Source: Lobosporangium transversale (lineage: Eukaryota). Taken from it: a stretch of DNA of 64,000 bases. The stretch is from positions 62,001-126,000 of the forward strand of contig NW_019029010.1 of assembly GCF_002105155.1 (NCBI RefSeq). The letters run 5' to 3'. Numbering within the stretch: position 1 is the stretch's first letter; every line of letters starts with the position of its first letter. Positions 12,858 to 26,332 of the stretch are shown in pieces. The notes beneath the pieces are model-generated. The model saw only the letters and a program-made list of their open reading frames with translations. It did no database searches and had not been told where the DNA came from. Made by a program: the position numbers and the translations under genes.

Positions 12858-14061
12858 GGTGTTTGAGTTGTTGTTGGTTTTTTTTGAGAGTGAGAAATGG
12901 AGCTGAGATCAGTATCGTTCAAAAGGGGATTCAGTCTTTCTTTATATACTTTTTTTTCTTTTTCTTTTCTATTCTTTTTTCGGATAGAGATTTTCCTGTT
13001 CACTTTCCTCCATTGTCCTTCTACAGCAGCATGTACAGCGGTTTGTCCAAGGCCTCAAGGCCATCCCTGGGGCTGAGGGATTTCCCGCCTGTAAGGCAAC
13101 AGCCTACATTATGCATAAGGAATAAAGTTAAAATTTAAAAAAGTACTTTGACTGTGTTTAACCCGACTTTGTCTAAAAAAAAAATAGTGGGATTGTGCGC
13201 AAGCATGGCTGTCCGCACATGAGAAACTATAAAATTTATTATTTAGTTTATTTCATTCGTTTGAAATAGGTAGCAAACATGTCTAGCACTCGCAACCCCT
13301 ACATCTCGCGTTACTTCTCAGCACAGCTTGTCAGAAAAAATGGGTTTAAAAGGCGTTTAGCCGATGAGGTTTGTATACATTTAAAAAATAGCTGCCAAGA
13401 CAGCGAACAAGTCGTGCACAGAATAACAGGGACTTTAAATTTTACCTCACCCTCATCCCCCAACTCAAATGTATTTCTCACATCTCACCGGTGTAGAAAG
13501 CAGGCAGATGTGAAGAAATAACAGACAACGAAGCACATTATGCTATAAACCAAAAAAAGGCGTAGAAGTTTAAAACAGTACATACAATGGTGTCAAGGTT
13601 AAGTAAAGTAAGCAAATAAGAGAAGAGAACAGCTGCAGTATTATTTCAGACTGAGAACCCCATACTATGTAAATCTCTACGGTATTTATGTTTCCACGAT
13701 CTCGAATTGGGTACTCTTAATTAGGCAACAAGCTTGTTGTAAATATCCTATTATGATTTTTAGTTCCACAAATTCGAACAATGTCATCTTGTTCGGCCTT
13801 AATATTAAGGCTGCTAGGCGTCGTAGATGATGGGTACTGGTGATCCAAATCCATCCAAAAGTTCTAGACACCTGGCAAAGGACCGCTAAAGAAAATATTG
13901 GAGCACGTGACGGCTTCCGTACCAGATGCTTCATCTAATGTTGATTCATCTCATCAATGCTCGGTTTGTGCCAAACAAACAGCATCTCATCCCGTAGCAA
14001 CCACTTTCTCACCCTCCTAAGCACTCTTCATCCTCCCATACAAGCACTTACAAGCAACGAC

Positions 14062-14496
14062 ATGAAGTTTCCCATCATCGTCACTGCTGCTACCATTACC
14101 CTTGCTGCCACCACCGACGCCTACAGTAGAGTTGTGCTTTTTGGCGCTGAAAAGTATGGCGATACATGTGGTAGCTTCCAAACCACTCAATATGAGCAGT
14201 GCATGAGTGTGACAACCTTCAACTCTGCCAAATCCGCCGCATACTACCACGATGATCCTTATACTGACGGTATTACCCTGACCTTTTATGAAACCGGGAA
14301 CTGCGGTGGCAATTGGACCCGTGCTGGATTCCAGGCCACAATGAGGATGTCAATTGGATGGGAAATACTTGAGAACGTCTATGGAAGAGTTGGGTCCGTA
14401 CTCCTTCACAAGGGCATTGAGCCTAGCGGAAACGGAATTATCAACCAGTACCTTCCGGCCACTACTGCCATCATCAGCAACTGCTATGATATCTAA
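14062..14496 (+). CDS. Family A divergent paralog 6 (144 aa, acidic)
   Basis: Signal peptide MKFPIIVTAATITLAATTDA; shares HDDP, ITLTFYETGNCGG, WTRAGF, GRVGSV and all 4 Cys. Confidence 0.88.
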   Translation: MKFPIIVTAATITLAATTDAYSRVVLFGAEKYGDTCGSFQTTQYEQCMSVTTFNSAKSAAYYHDDPYTDGITLTFYETGNCGGNWTRAGFQATMRMSIGWEILENVYGRVGSVLLHKGIEPSGNGIINQYLPATTAIISNCYDI

Positions 14497-15388
14497 ATCA
14501 AGTGAAGACAGATTTAACCTCTGTGGAAGAGCGGAAAATGCAAATATATACAAACAGGTGAATAAATTTGCTTGTAATGATGGTACTCTAGTGCACAAAA
14601 ATGTATATTTACAAGTCTTTGCAGTTCTAACGCATCTGGCATGAATTCAAAAAGGAAATGGGCCAGTGCATGAATCATCAGTTACTTGTTTTCTAGGTTT
14701 TATAGCTAAGAAAAAAAAATGAAAAGAACTCTTGAGATATAAGGCATTGGAGCAAGGTGGTGCTCTTAATGACAAAAGCCCAATTAGGGCTTTCATATTC
14801 GCCCTGTGTAGACAAATTGTCTGTGACAATTTGGCTCAGATTAGGTGACTGGATCATTTTATCCTAAAAATTGGGTGGCATCTTCTTTGTCCACCCTGCA
14901 TTTGTTTTGTATCACCAATGTTATACCTAAGCATTCCACATTGTTAGTATTAGCTCCTTTACTACCGAGGTTTAAGTGCATGTCAATCTTCAACTGCCAC
15001 TCCGTATTTTTTCTGTTTCTTTTTTTTTTTTTTTTTTTTTTTTCTTTTTTTTTCGTTAAGTAACCTCGATCATTTCCGTTTAACAAACGGCAAGGATAAA
15101 AGCCGAAAGAAGATCGTGATATCATTCACCTCAGATGCCAAGCCTTGTAGTCAGGAAAGCTGCATTAGGTTTGACTCAGTAATGGGTATAATTATGGTGT
15201 TAATCAATTACAAGTCATCATTTTCAGTGATTCTTCAATCAGCGAAGAAACTTAGGCTGCCAAGGAGCTCACTTTCATTATTTTTCAGTTTATAATTTAT
15301 TATGCTATTCTTTTATAGTACAGGATTTTTTCATTGTTTTGGGAATAGGTGGAGTATATTAAAAAATCCATCTTGTAAAGATTTTTTT

Positions 15389-15817
15389 TTACTTGCACTT
15401 CTTGAAGTTGGCGGACTTTGAAGGGAGGTGCTGCTTGATAACTCCATTACCGCTAGGGAAGCGGCCCTTGTGGAGGACGACTGATCCGACCTTGCCATAA
15501 ACATTCTGAAGTTTGCCCCAAGAGTAGCGTGTGCCCACGCGAGACTTGAAGCCAGACCGAGTCCACTTGCCACCACAGTTCTTGGACTCATAGAAGGTCA
15601 AGGTAATCTCTTTAGCGTGAGGATCATCGTGGTAATAGGCTGCGGACCTTGCATTCTTGAAATCAGAGACATTAATGCACTGATCATACTTGGTGATCTC
15701 GAAGTTGCGGCAGCTGCCACCCAAATCATCACCAGTGTGGAGAGAAACCTTGCTGTAGGCGTCGGTGGAGACAGCAAGGGCCATGGCAGCGATAGTTGCG
15801 AGGATAGAGAACTTCAT
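15389..15817 (-). CDS. Family A divergent paralog 7 (142 aa, strongly basic)
   Basis: Signal peptide MKFSILATIAAMALAVSTDA; EITKYDQC, ITLTFYESKNCGG, GKVGSV; 4 Cys. Confidence 0.88.
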   Translation of the reverse strand: MKFSILATIAAMALAVSTDAYSKVSLHTGDDLGGSCRNFEITKYDQCINVSDFKNARSAAYYHDDPHAKEITLTFYESKNCGGKWTRSGFKSRVGTRYSWGKLQNVYGKVGSVVLHKGRFPSGNGVIKQHLPSKSANFKKCK

Positions 15818-18800
15818 GGTGTTGGTGTTGGTGTTTTTGGTGAGTTGTTTTGCTTGAGAGGAGTGGGGATGGTTAAGAGTTAGTTGTTGTCTTTAACGGG
15901 CTTGACCCTTGCCTTTTTATACTCTTTTTTATGGATTGTTTTCGCCTCGCGTTCGAAGGAGCCCGAGCAATGGGCCAATAAAAGATATGCACAATGGTGC
16001 GTAACCTGCATATACACCATGACGATGGCCAAGTAGGCTCAAAGGCTTTTTTTTGTTCCATTCATCAAACGCTCTATAAAATCTCCCACAACAGCCCACG
16101 AAAAAGATTTAAAATCACAGTGAGCTGTTTGCTCTATTTTATATACTTTGTGATGAAGAGCTGTTCCTCAGAATTGTCTGTGTAAATGTTTTTGATCTAG
16201 AAAATTTGCCGAACACGAAAATAATGAACCTCAACGGTAAATATCGGTATACATGCCATGCCATCCCTTTTTTTTAAAAAAAAATCCTTAGATTATTGTT
16301 TACTTGTATCTGGTTCCTGGGCAAAAAGAAAACATCAAGTAAAGGTCGCAGTTGTACCAGGGATGAAGAGTATGGTGATTGGCATCATGTAGCTTATTTT
16401 AATTTTGCGAACTTCTATCCTTTTGCATCCTATGCTACACATAGCAGACCCATGAAAACTTTTAAATGCTTGTTGCACAAGTGTTAATTTAACTCTCTCT
16501 CTGGACACAGAGATATGGGACACAAAGGTAACAGTCGTTCAGCTGGAATGGAAATACAAAAATTTTTAGCCCTTAATTGTGCTAGCCCTTCCCGCGTCAC
16601 CCCTATTTCCCTGCCTTTGCCCTCGCCCTCGCCCTCGCCCCCCAAAATCTTTCTGCCTACCTCCCTCACCCCTCATTATAACGATTAGATTGTTCCGCCA
16701 TGCATAATAAAAAATATTTTTATGTGAAAAACAAACCGTCAGATATCGAGTCTCAGACGTCGCGTTCACTTTTGTCCCTTTCACTATTACTTCATATTGA
16801 TTTTATACTTCTTATTGTTATAATTTGCAAAAATAAAAATATAAAAAATAGAGAAAACAAAGAACCGAATAGAACTACCCTTCTCTTGCTTCAAGAATAC
16901 TTAAAGATTGGCAGTAAACGTGTATTGCAGCAGGAAACGCCATGATAAACCCTGTATATGCAGGGATACTACTCAATGGAGCCGATTTGTGTAGATCTAA
17001 ATCCCAAGAGCAGATTCTTCGGCCATAAAGGGTAACGAAAAAATAATAGCAAGCGATTTTTGGTCGAGCCTGGTCAACATTACTCGTACCACAGGGTAAT
17101 AAGTATTCATCTTGTTTTGCTGCAATTTGTGTTAATGAGTAGTTGTGTCCGATAAAGCCAGAACCATATTCCAGCATCTATCTGATGGACCTCGTCAACA
17201 ATAGACTAACCATACTTTGCACAGTGCTTTTGGGGAGATGGAGAGGCTATTTGACATTACAAGGAGGAGGAGACATACGGCTCCTATATTAAAGTGTTAT
17301 TGAGCGCCAATAAATCCAAGCATAAAATCTATACAGGATGATTAGAAAGAATGTAGCATTTCATTATCTTTTTTTTATTTTATTTTTTTTTTCTTAATAA
17401 GATAAAGATATAGTAGAATAGTGTTAAGGACCGTAATATGCCAATAGGGCCGACCAGGCGCAACAAGCCGTGCTTTCACGCATATATTCTTGTACATTTA
17501 TATCCGTCAGTTATTGAAACACCAAAAGATAGTAACATTAATAAAACGAGAAAGAGACCACCACTCGTTCTCTAACATCTTATCGTGAATGTTACTATTT
17601 TTATGAAAAGATACTTTACCGCTCGCAGATAAAAAAAAAGAGAGCGAAGAAAAGCAATAGACATGGCTGTCGATACACTCTCAAGGATTGTCCAGGGCTT
17701 AAGAAAAATACATTGTTTGAATGCTCATCATGCCGCCCCAGATGTGGATTTAGCTTGAAAACGGGCTAAGAATATTTTCCCATTTCTGCGATTACCGGTA
17801 GGCGATCATGAGGGGTTGAGAGACACACCGTTCCATTCTGTAACACTTTACTGCTTGATATGCATTGTTTCGGTCTTAACATGCAAAGATTTTTTGATGT
17901 TTACATGGCTTTTATTTGATTGGAAAAAAAAAAAAAAAAAAAAAAACTGGACCGTGCGTAAGGAAAAGGGTGAAGATGTATACTAAATAAGCAAGTATTT
18001 CAACACAAAGCGAATGAATCTTCGATTTAAAAATACGCTTCGCCGCAGTGGATACGAATTTTTATAGACTAAACAAATCTCAGGGTCGTTAGACTGACGA
18101 TGTCTGTGTCGATGAATGGCTGTGCTGTCCCTTCTTTGTAGCTAAAAAAATCAGATGCGCTTACTTGTATGCACTTGATAATTTGATTGGAGCAGTAGAA
18201 ATAGGTGAGATGATGACTGGTCTGGTCTCAGTTCATTTTATTGTTACACCTGCTCAAAACTAGACCAGCAATGATTACTAACCGCTCCCCCTTTTCTTCG
18301 TTTCTCTCCTTGCGTATCTTTACAGCCACATGGTCATTTGTGATCTAGACTGACTTTAGAATCTTTCATAAAGAAAAAAAAAACTGGATCAGGTAGATCC
18401 AATAATGTTACTAGTATGACATAATTTTGGGGGGATACGTCCGCAGAAATTAATGCATGCGGAGACGCGCTCTGTAGCCCTCAGTTCTCCAGCAGTTGTA
18501 ATTTGGGTACATGGGAACATCAAATGAATTGGATCAGCAAACATTGAAAAACAAAGATAAATCCCCTTCTTTGATTCTTTTAGCATCTTAGCTACGTTAG
18601 CATTGTTAGGACTAAGGATGTTTTGTAAACAGGATAAAAATAAAGCAACCTGGTGATAGGCCAAAGGATGCAAACACCAACAACATCAATAACCACTACG
18701 ACGATCAAGAAGGGGGATTAACAGTGGCAGGCACCTGGGCAATACAATATTCCATTCATGCGTGCAACCTCCTGCAATCCTTTTTTTGACCGTTGGAAGG

Positions 18801-19110
18801 CGACCGAGGATTGTTGTTGTTGCATGACGTAGCACCTAAGCATAGGATAAGCAAGACAATGGCAAGGATAGTAAGGTTACTAAAAATAAAAAATTAAAGT
18901 AATGCAGTCCGCAATTGCTGGACCTAGAGGGGTCTTTCCTGGGTAACTAGGCCCTTCAAGGTGTTTGTTGATCGCCATTTTGAACGTATAAATATGGGCC
19001 TTCTTCTTTCTCCACCCCCTCTCTCCTCATCCTTGCCAATCTACATTCTCTCTCTTCAAAAGAACTAAAGCCATCCATATAAACCATATAATACTTGAAA
19101 ACAATCCAAC

Positions 19111-19389
19111 ATGAAGATCACTGCAATCATTTTGGCTACTATTGCTTTGCTTCCTTTCACTTTGGCTGCTCCTGAGGACAACACCTCCAATTGCCAGATC
19201 CAAGGAGTCAGACAGAGGGAAAATGGGGTTCGAAGATGTTGCCGGAGGAACGGAGGTACTTATCGCGACCCCAGAGGCAGAACCGCCTACTGTGACTTGA
19301 GTATCGCTCGTGAGGGCTACTTCCGCAGATGTGTCAAGCGTCTTGCCTTTTCTACCACAGTCGACTGTGATTACGATGGCGACGATTAA
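19111..19389 (+). CDS. Small secreted Cys-rich protein, family B member 1 (predicted KP6-like layout)
   Basis: Signal peptide; C..CC..YC..EGYFRRCV..V-C-Y pattern with 6 Cys; TATAAATA at ~18988. Confidence 0.88.
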   Translation: MKITAIILATIALLPFTLAAPEDNTSNCQIQGVRQRENGVRRCCRRNGGTYRDPRGRTAYCDLSIAREGYFRRCVKRLAFSTTVDCDYDGDD

Positions 19390-20201
19390 GAGAGAGGGAA
19401 AAACAAAAAAAAAAAAAAAAAAAAGCTATTGATTTTCAATTATTTAATTCGCTCTATTGCTTCAACGTGGCGGCAAGGCTATTTATTACCTAAGGGCCAA
19501 AGCTATATCTGTATATATCTATATTAACTCAAATAACACGACTTTCCAAACTTAAATAAAAGACATTAAATTATATATTTAAATACTTAAAAGACGTCTC
19601 ACTGGAACCCAGGATTGCAATTGTTGATCCAGATCAGATTTCCTTGTGTGTAAATATAAATACCCAACAAACATGAAAGCAGAAGGGCTAATGCTTATTA
19701 ACTCATGGCAACACCGTAATGATCCTCTTGGTGAGATGACTGTAGAAATAAAAAAATAAAAATAGAGTGCTCACTCTTGTGCACGTTCTTGCCTGTTCGC
19801 TCATGCCTCCAAGGTATTACAATTTCATTGCTATTTCCTTGTACCCCTTAGGCTTCGAATAAGAGATAGTGGAGTGAACGCACAGACATTCCTCGGTTGC
19901 ACTGTGCCCATGTATCACAGTAACACAAACGTTTTTTTGAGCATTTCCCTCTCATCTCTTTGCTGTTACACCAAGCATATCTTCATTAACGGACTATCGC
20001 CTTGTTGGAGATTGGGTAATACACTATCTAATTATACTGGGTAGCAAGGCGAGTCCAATCTCAACATGGTAACTTAAAACGCTGCTTGATTATTCCATGT
20101 TATTTGTGAGTCTATATCTCATTCAAAAAGGCAATCCCCATGGCTAATGAACCAAGGATACAAGGGTCTTGCTACAGTATCGTGCAGTGAGCTCAAATAT
20201 G

Positions 20202-20251
<50 letters not shown>

Positions 20252-22147
20252 TTGGAAGAATATAGAGATGCGATCGATGGGTTTTCGAGTGAAACAACGA
20301 TAATAGGGGTTTGTAGTAGATGGCCTTCATGTAACTACGGAAGTGACCAGAAAGCAGTCTTTTAAGTCTGCTCAACGCCACTTTGGTTCACGCTTTCGAT
20401 AGCGTAGATGTAAGTAAGTTTGTTCTTTTGAATAGCTGTTAGATAGATTTATTCTTACTATTCTTTTCTTTTTACAGCTCTTAATATACTTCTAGAAAGC
20501 CGTAAATGACTTCATACACTCGTCTTGTTGGACAGTGTTGAGCCGTCATTTGCATGGAACATCCTTCTTATGTATCGAGGAAGCATATGAATGATGTTTC
20601 AAAAAACCAACCTTTCATCAGCAGTCATTCAAACGCATGTAATGCCTTAAATTTTGAGAAATGGGACCAAATAAACGGTCGTACTATAGACCTTATTTTA
20701 ATGACAAAAGTAAATGTGAAGCAATGCACAATCCCCAAATACTCTATTCTCCTCAACAAAACCTATCATGCCAGTTGGCGTACCAAGCAAACAAAGAAAT
20801 GGCATAAGGGCCAGCCTGCTCAATACGCACTCAGTCTCGCTCTTCCTGCCCCTAATTTTGCACTTCGGCTGTTTATGGAATGGCACTCAACTCTGATGAT
20901 TCGATAGCTTGAATGGTTGGTTTTGGGCATTGTTCATGCTTCTGCGATATCCAATAAAATACAGTAAAAAGCAAAGAAACACACCATTGTCATAAGTAAC
21001 AGTCGACTTCTTCTAACATGGGATATCCATTGTTTCAGCTTCAATTATGCGAAGGCTAAATGTTATGGATCATGCCTTTTTTTTTTTTTTTTTATTTTAT
21101 TTTGGTAGAAAAGCTTGTAGGCGTTGAACAATGTCAACCGTTGGGCGAAAAGAGTTGCATATATGAATGACGGCTTTTATTTGGATCAGCTGGTGCAAGT
21201 TTATATTAAGTAACTTTCGCACATGTTTGGTGCACCAGTCCCCTTTTAAGATTGATGGGTGTATCATAGGCTGTGCTACTGCTTCTTCTTTAACCAGGTA
21301 TAGTTCATCTGCTAGTGAGTTTGACTGAAGAGTAGAAAAAAATAAAAGAGAAGAGGAGAGTTGGTGGCTGGTCTGGTTTTGGCCCATGTCCTTAAAATAA
21401 CCACGCAAAAAAAGTAGACAATCAAAATCATTAACCTCTATCTCTCTCTTCCCCATTTATTGTATGCAATGGTTACCTTATGTCCCCACATCTTAATACA
21501 TATCCATTGTGAAGACGGAGTAATGTCACTGATTAAAAAGTGATCCACAAGGTTTGTTGTACTAATTGGTAATGACCTGGAGTGGATGAAAGCTAATGAC
21601 CCGCATCCGTGCATTTAGCAAACTGTTTATAAAAATAATAGAGTAGCAATAGAAGCTATGCGCGTCTTTAGATAAAAATACGCATATAGTTAGTTCCACC
21701 AGCCTATGTCGCCTTACTAGGCTCATTAGCTATGACAGCATCGCATAAAGTATTTTAACATTAGTAGAGGAGCGATTAATGGTAGGCCAAAGTAGCTACG
21801 CAGTAATAATTTCTACGAGCAAGAATAAGCAGACACAAGCATCTGGGCAGAATGATACTATTTACACAAACACCAATTGTCCAAGTCAAGTAAGAGTTCA
21901 ATACATTATACTTCCAATTCCTTCGCTTCAAAATGACTTGGTAACTAGGGAAAAAATAAAAAAAAATACCAGGGTTCTTTCAAAGCATTCATTAAACATT
22001 TTTTAAACTAATAAATGTGCAGCTCCTCTTTATTCATCTCTTTCCCCTTCATCTCCAGCAAGCATCCTCTCTTTGGCAGAACCAAAGTCACCCATAAGAA
22101 ACACATACAATCCTGCGCTTTTGAAAAAAAAAAAAAATCGCTCCATC

Positions 22148-22423
22148 ATGAAGATCGCCGCAGCTGCCCTGACCACTATTGCCTTACTTCCATTTATCTT
22201 GGCTGCCCCTGGGACGCCTGATGGTAGCTCCAAGTACGTGATCCAAGTATCCAAACATTTAGTTATTGGGGTGATCGGATGCTGTCGAAGGAACAAGGGT
22301 GTATACCACAACATTGGAGGTACTGCCTACTGCAACTTGCTCATTAGTCAAGAAGGCTATTTCCGTAGATGTGTCAGCTACATCGGCTTTTTTACCTCCG
22401 TCTCTTGTCATTATAGCGATTAA
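22148..22423 (+). CDS. Family B member 2 (91 aa, 5 Cys)
   Basis: Signal peptide MKIAAAALTTIALLPFILA; CCRRNKG, TAYC, EGYFRRCV. Confidence 0.85.
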   Translation: MKIAAAALTTIALLPFILAAPGTPDGSSKYVIQVSKHLVIGVIGCCRRNKGVYHNIGGTAYCNLLISQEGYFRRCVSYIGFFTSVSCHYSD

Positions 22424-23263
22424 AAGTTGGAGGAAGAAAAAATTTGACATAGGGGTTTTAAGCCCTCTGTGGATATCAAAATTGATGCGCTTTACTGCTT
22501 TATTGCTGCCCAAACGAGGTAACATGGCGGCCTTTGCTTATTTTCTAAAGGCCAAAGCTCTATCTAAATACCTTTACTTTTTTTTTGCCGAAAAAAAATT
22601 TTATTATGATGACAATAAAAATATGATATAGAATGACGATTTTTGTGCTCGTCCTCATCCCTCTATGCTTATTTCACCGTTACAATCCCTATCACTCCAC
22701 ATTTACTTGTTCCTTCTGACAATTTTCTGGGTTTTTACAATAAAGTGTGTTTGGTCTTGTGAAGGATAAAAGATATAAAATTTACTGCCATTGTGGCAAT
22801 GTTGTGCTTGTGCATGGTACTACTTTTATAGCCACGTGTAAGATGCTGCAAACCTTAAACGAATTAGCATAGAGCCTATGAATACTGACTACATTTGTTT
22901 AGACTTTTTGTGTCTACTCATTCTATTATGTCTTTCGAGGGAATTCTTATCGTACTAGCTAGAGGATTTGATTTTAAACACCGTTGCAAAAATTTGATTT
23001 GATTGAAAAGAAGATAACACAAATTCGAGTCCATGCGGACGGGAGACATTCGTGTACTGTTTGGAAGCGTCATGAGGAGAATGAATGTAGAAGTGACTGA
23101 GAACATTCTGTCTGAGGGTTAATCTGAAATTGATAATTGAATTCAACCTATCCCAGCATGTGACTGAAGAATTAAGGAGCTCGAACAAAGAGCATTCTGT
23201 GGTATTGTGTAATCATATTCATTAAATACTGCATACTTATACTTATATTCTGGCCTTCTTATA

Positions 23264-23298
<35 letters not shown>

Positions 23299-24822
23299 TT
23301 TGCAAGAGGGCACCGCAAAAAAGAAGTGCTTGGGATAGGATTAAAGAAAATCCTTCTTTGAGCTTCCGTACGCGTTTTTACGCCCAACAAAATATACAAA
23401 TGTTATCTACCACACCTTGCTTGTTGAGAAGCATCGTTACAGCGCCCAGTCCTCATCGTCAGGTAGACCAAAGCGCACTGTATCCCTCAGTGAAACATGT
23501 CAAAGCAATTGGTGGTTCGTAAAAAAAAAATATGGTGCAAAGGGTCAAAGGCTTTAATACACGCGCAAGTACTAATTCTAGGAGCCTACGAATAAAATAT
23601 TTTTCTATTCTTAATTTCAAGTTCCTATATTGCCACCAAAACCTGCGAGTCGGTGATTTATAAAAAAAAAAGAACATTTGACCTTGATAGCTCGATATTT
23701 TTGGTCTTTGTTCATCTGTTTACAATATCCAGTAGGAATCGATGGAGGATAGACATTCACCATCGCTATTAGCAGTCGACTTCTACTGATATTAGGTTTA
23801 TTGTTTCAGCTACAATATGCAAAGACGTTAGTGTTCTGGACCACATAGACTTGAATTTTTTTTTTTTTTGTGGTAGAAAGAAGATTTTTAAGCGTTGAAA
23901 AATATCAATTTTTGAACCGTTGTGGTGAAAGGGATCAGCATGACAATTAAAACAAAGCGAATGATAATTGTCTACCCAAAAATAGCCTTCGGCGCAGTAT
24001 CAAATGATGTCTGTGTACTTCGAATTCAGGTCAAGCTAATGGGTGGCTGATCTAGTTTCAAACCACAATCATGCTGTGGCCATGTAAAAGTAGACAAACA
24101 AGCATACTAACCATCCCTACTTCTCTTTTTGACATAATTGAAACCAAAGCCACTATGGTTTAGATCGGTAGAAAATATTTTTTTATGTACTACGGTAACA
24201 CCAAATAAATGCTGTTCCTTGAGCAATAGATTACCGAGAAAATGCGCGTTCCTGGGCCCGTTAGTCTACTTCGCCCTGCTAGCCTACTTGATCATGTTAG
24301 TGTTGTTAAGACATAGACACAGGATGGCTTTGACGTCAACAAAGTAAAAATAAAAAAAAAAAAAGCAACACGGTGACAACGGGAGGAACGTTAACTAATA
24401 GGTTAGGACATGAAGACACCAATGCTATCAGCAGCTACTGCAACTAGAGGGTATTTACACAGGGACAGGTACCTGACAACAAAGCACCACTTTCATGCGC
24501 GCCATCTATCCAAATCAAGCAATGATAGTTGCCACCACATAATACAATGCTTTCATGCCAAAATGTCTTGACAAAAGTTAAAAAAAGAAATCGTTAAGTA
24601 CTGATACTAAAGTTTCTTCAAGGCGTCTACTGATTGCTCTTTTTAAACCTATAAATACGCGATCTCTCGTCGTCCATCTCTCTCTCCTCATCCTCTGCAA
24701 TCCACATCCTCCCTTCTGTAGAACCAAAGTCAATTCATACAAAACACATACAACCCGGCACTTTTTTTTAAAAAAAAAAAAAAAAAAAAAAACAAAGAAA
24801 AGAAAAAAGGAATTAATCCAAC

Positions 24823-25104
24823 ATGAAGGTCACCGCGATCATTCTGGCTGCTATTGCTTTGCTTCCCTTCACCTTGGCTGGTCATGGGTCTTCTGATGAT
24901 AACTCCAACTGCCGGGTCCGAGGATTTAGGCATGGGCTCTTCAAGGTTGCTAAATGCTGCCGAAGAAACAAAGGCGACTATCGCCTCGTGCATAGGACCG
25001 CCTACTGCAGCAATATCCCCATCTACCGAGAGGGCTACTTCCGCAGGTGTGTCAAGGACATTGGCTTTTCTACTTCTGTCTATTGCTACTACAATGATGA
25101 TTAG
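24823..25104 (+). CDS. Family B member 3 (93 aa)
   Basis: Signal peptide MKVTAIILAAIALLPFTLA; 6 Cys; EGYFRRCV; TATAAATA at ~24650. Confidence 0.88.
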   Translation: MKVTAIILAAIALLPFTLAGHGSSDDNSNCRVRGFRHGLFKVAKCCRRNKGDYRLVHRTAYCSNIPIYREGYFRRCVKDIGFSTSVYCYYNDD

Positions 25105-26332
25105 GCGTTCTTCCAAACAACCTGTGTCGATGGGCAAGTTCTGTAAAGCGACAACTCAACCTTATTATGCTACGGCCAGGATCGTGTATTTTCTTTAGTC
25201 AGATATCGCGAATAGCCAGAAAAAAAAACAATCCATAATAAAAAAAGAGAAAAAAATATCGCCTTTGATTGTGGACTTGAATAGGGGTAGAGAACAGTTG
25301 GATAGCAAAACAAAATGCCGCTGTACCTAACTTACCCAGCTAGCATATTAGAGGTGTTTTTATTTTTTATTTTTTATTTTTTTATTCAACCTTCTCAACG
25401 CAACATTCATAAAAAACGAAGCAAGCGAAAGTATCCTTCAATTCACCATCGTAGAGCCTACCATTTTAATCCTCAAAATTGTGCTCGTGTTGCGTTAACA
25501 AGGCGGCTAAAAGAAATGAATGCATTAAAAAACATTCAGCGTAACGTATTATTCAGTACTACAAATTAATGTGACTTATAAAGGTATCTGGCAGCAATAT
25601 GGCCCCTGAAGCTATTTATTTCTGGCTGAAGAGGCATTGAGGTTGCGCAACGAAAAGAGTTGGCACCCCAGCTCGGTATGTCTAGAACATGTTCTTCGTG
25701 TGTCCTTCCAAGTGAAAAGGATGAACCTTTTTTCCCTGACAAGGAACAGCTTTGGCCTGACAAAGCTCTGGTTTCATCCATCTATCCTAAATATACTGCT
25801 TTATGCTCAAGCGTACTTGTAACACTAAAGCGCTCCGAGTCATTGCCTCTGATGCGTTAGAGTATTATCAGTATGTGCTGGAAGGCGATTAAATCTCGAG
25901 TTTAATAAAACAACCTCAAGTCCTTTGCATCATGACACAGAACAATACGTGCAAAAAAAAAAAAAAAAAAAAAAAAAAGCCTTTTTTTTTCTACTACGAA
26001 TAAGTAGTGCTCTTGATAGGCGAGATGGAAGCGTGATACTGTACAAGCCAAAAATTCAGGCAGCATATCGATCAAGTCGGCCCTGTATAACATCTCACCA
26101 AGACTCAAATATGAAAGTTTGTCACGAGATTTATTAAATGGTATAATTGTGCCGATATGTGTATATATATATATAAAATAGTAAACTGTAAGTGAATAGT
26201 TCAGTATGGGTAGAGTGTATGTGTTTTTTTGAGAATGAGCCTAAGATGATGACTAAAGGTTGCCAAGTTCCTAAAAAAAAAAAAAAAGAAAAGAAGAAGA
26301 AAAAAAAGAGGTCTGCATTTCTGCTCTTCGCT

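Noticed and set aside
16610..16645. (GCCCTC)n tracts, also near 1155, 3235 and 8970
   Set aside because: Short low-complexity microsatellites; no evidence of function.
20206..20251. T(n)A(n) hairpin-like run and many poly(A/T) tracts
   Set aside because: Homopolymer background throughout the window; not terminators or a CRISPR-like array. No regularly spaced repeat-spacer array was seen anywhere.
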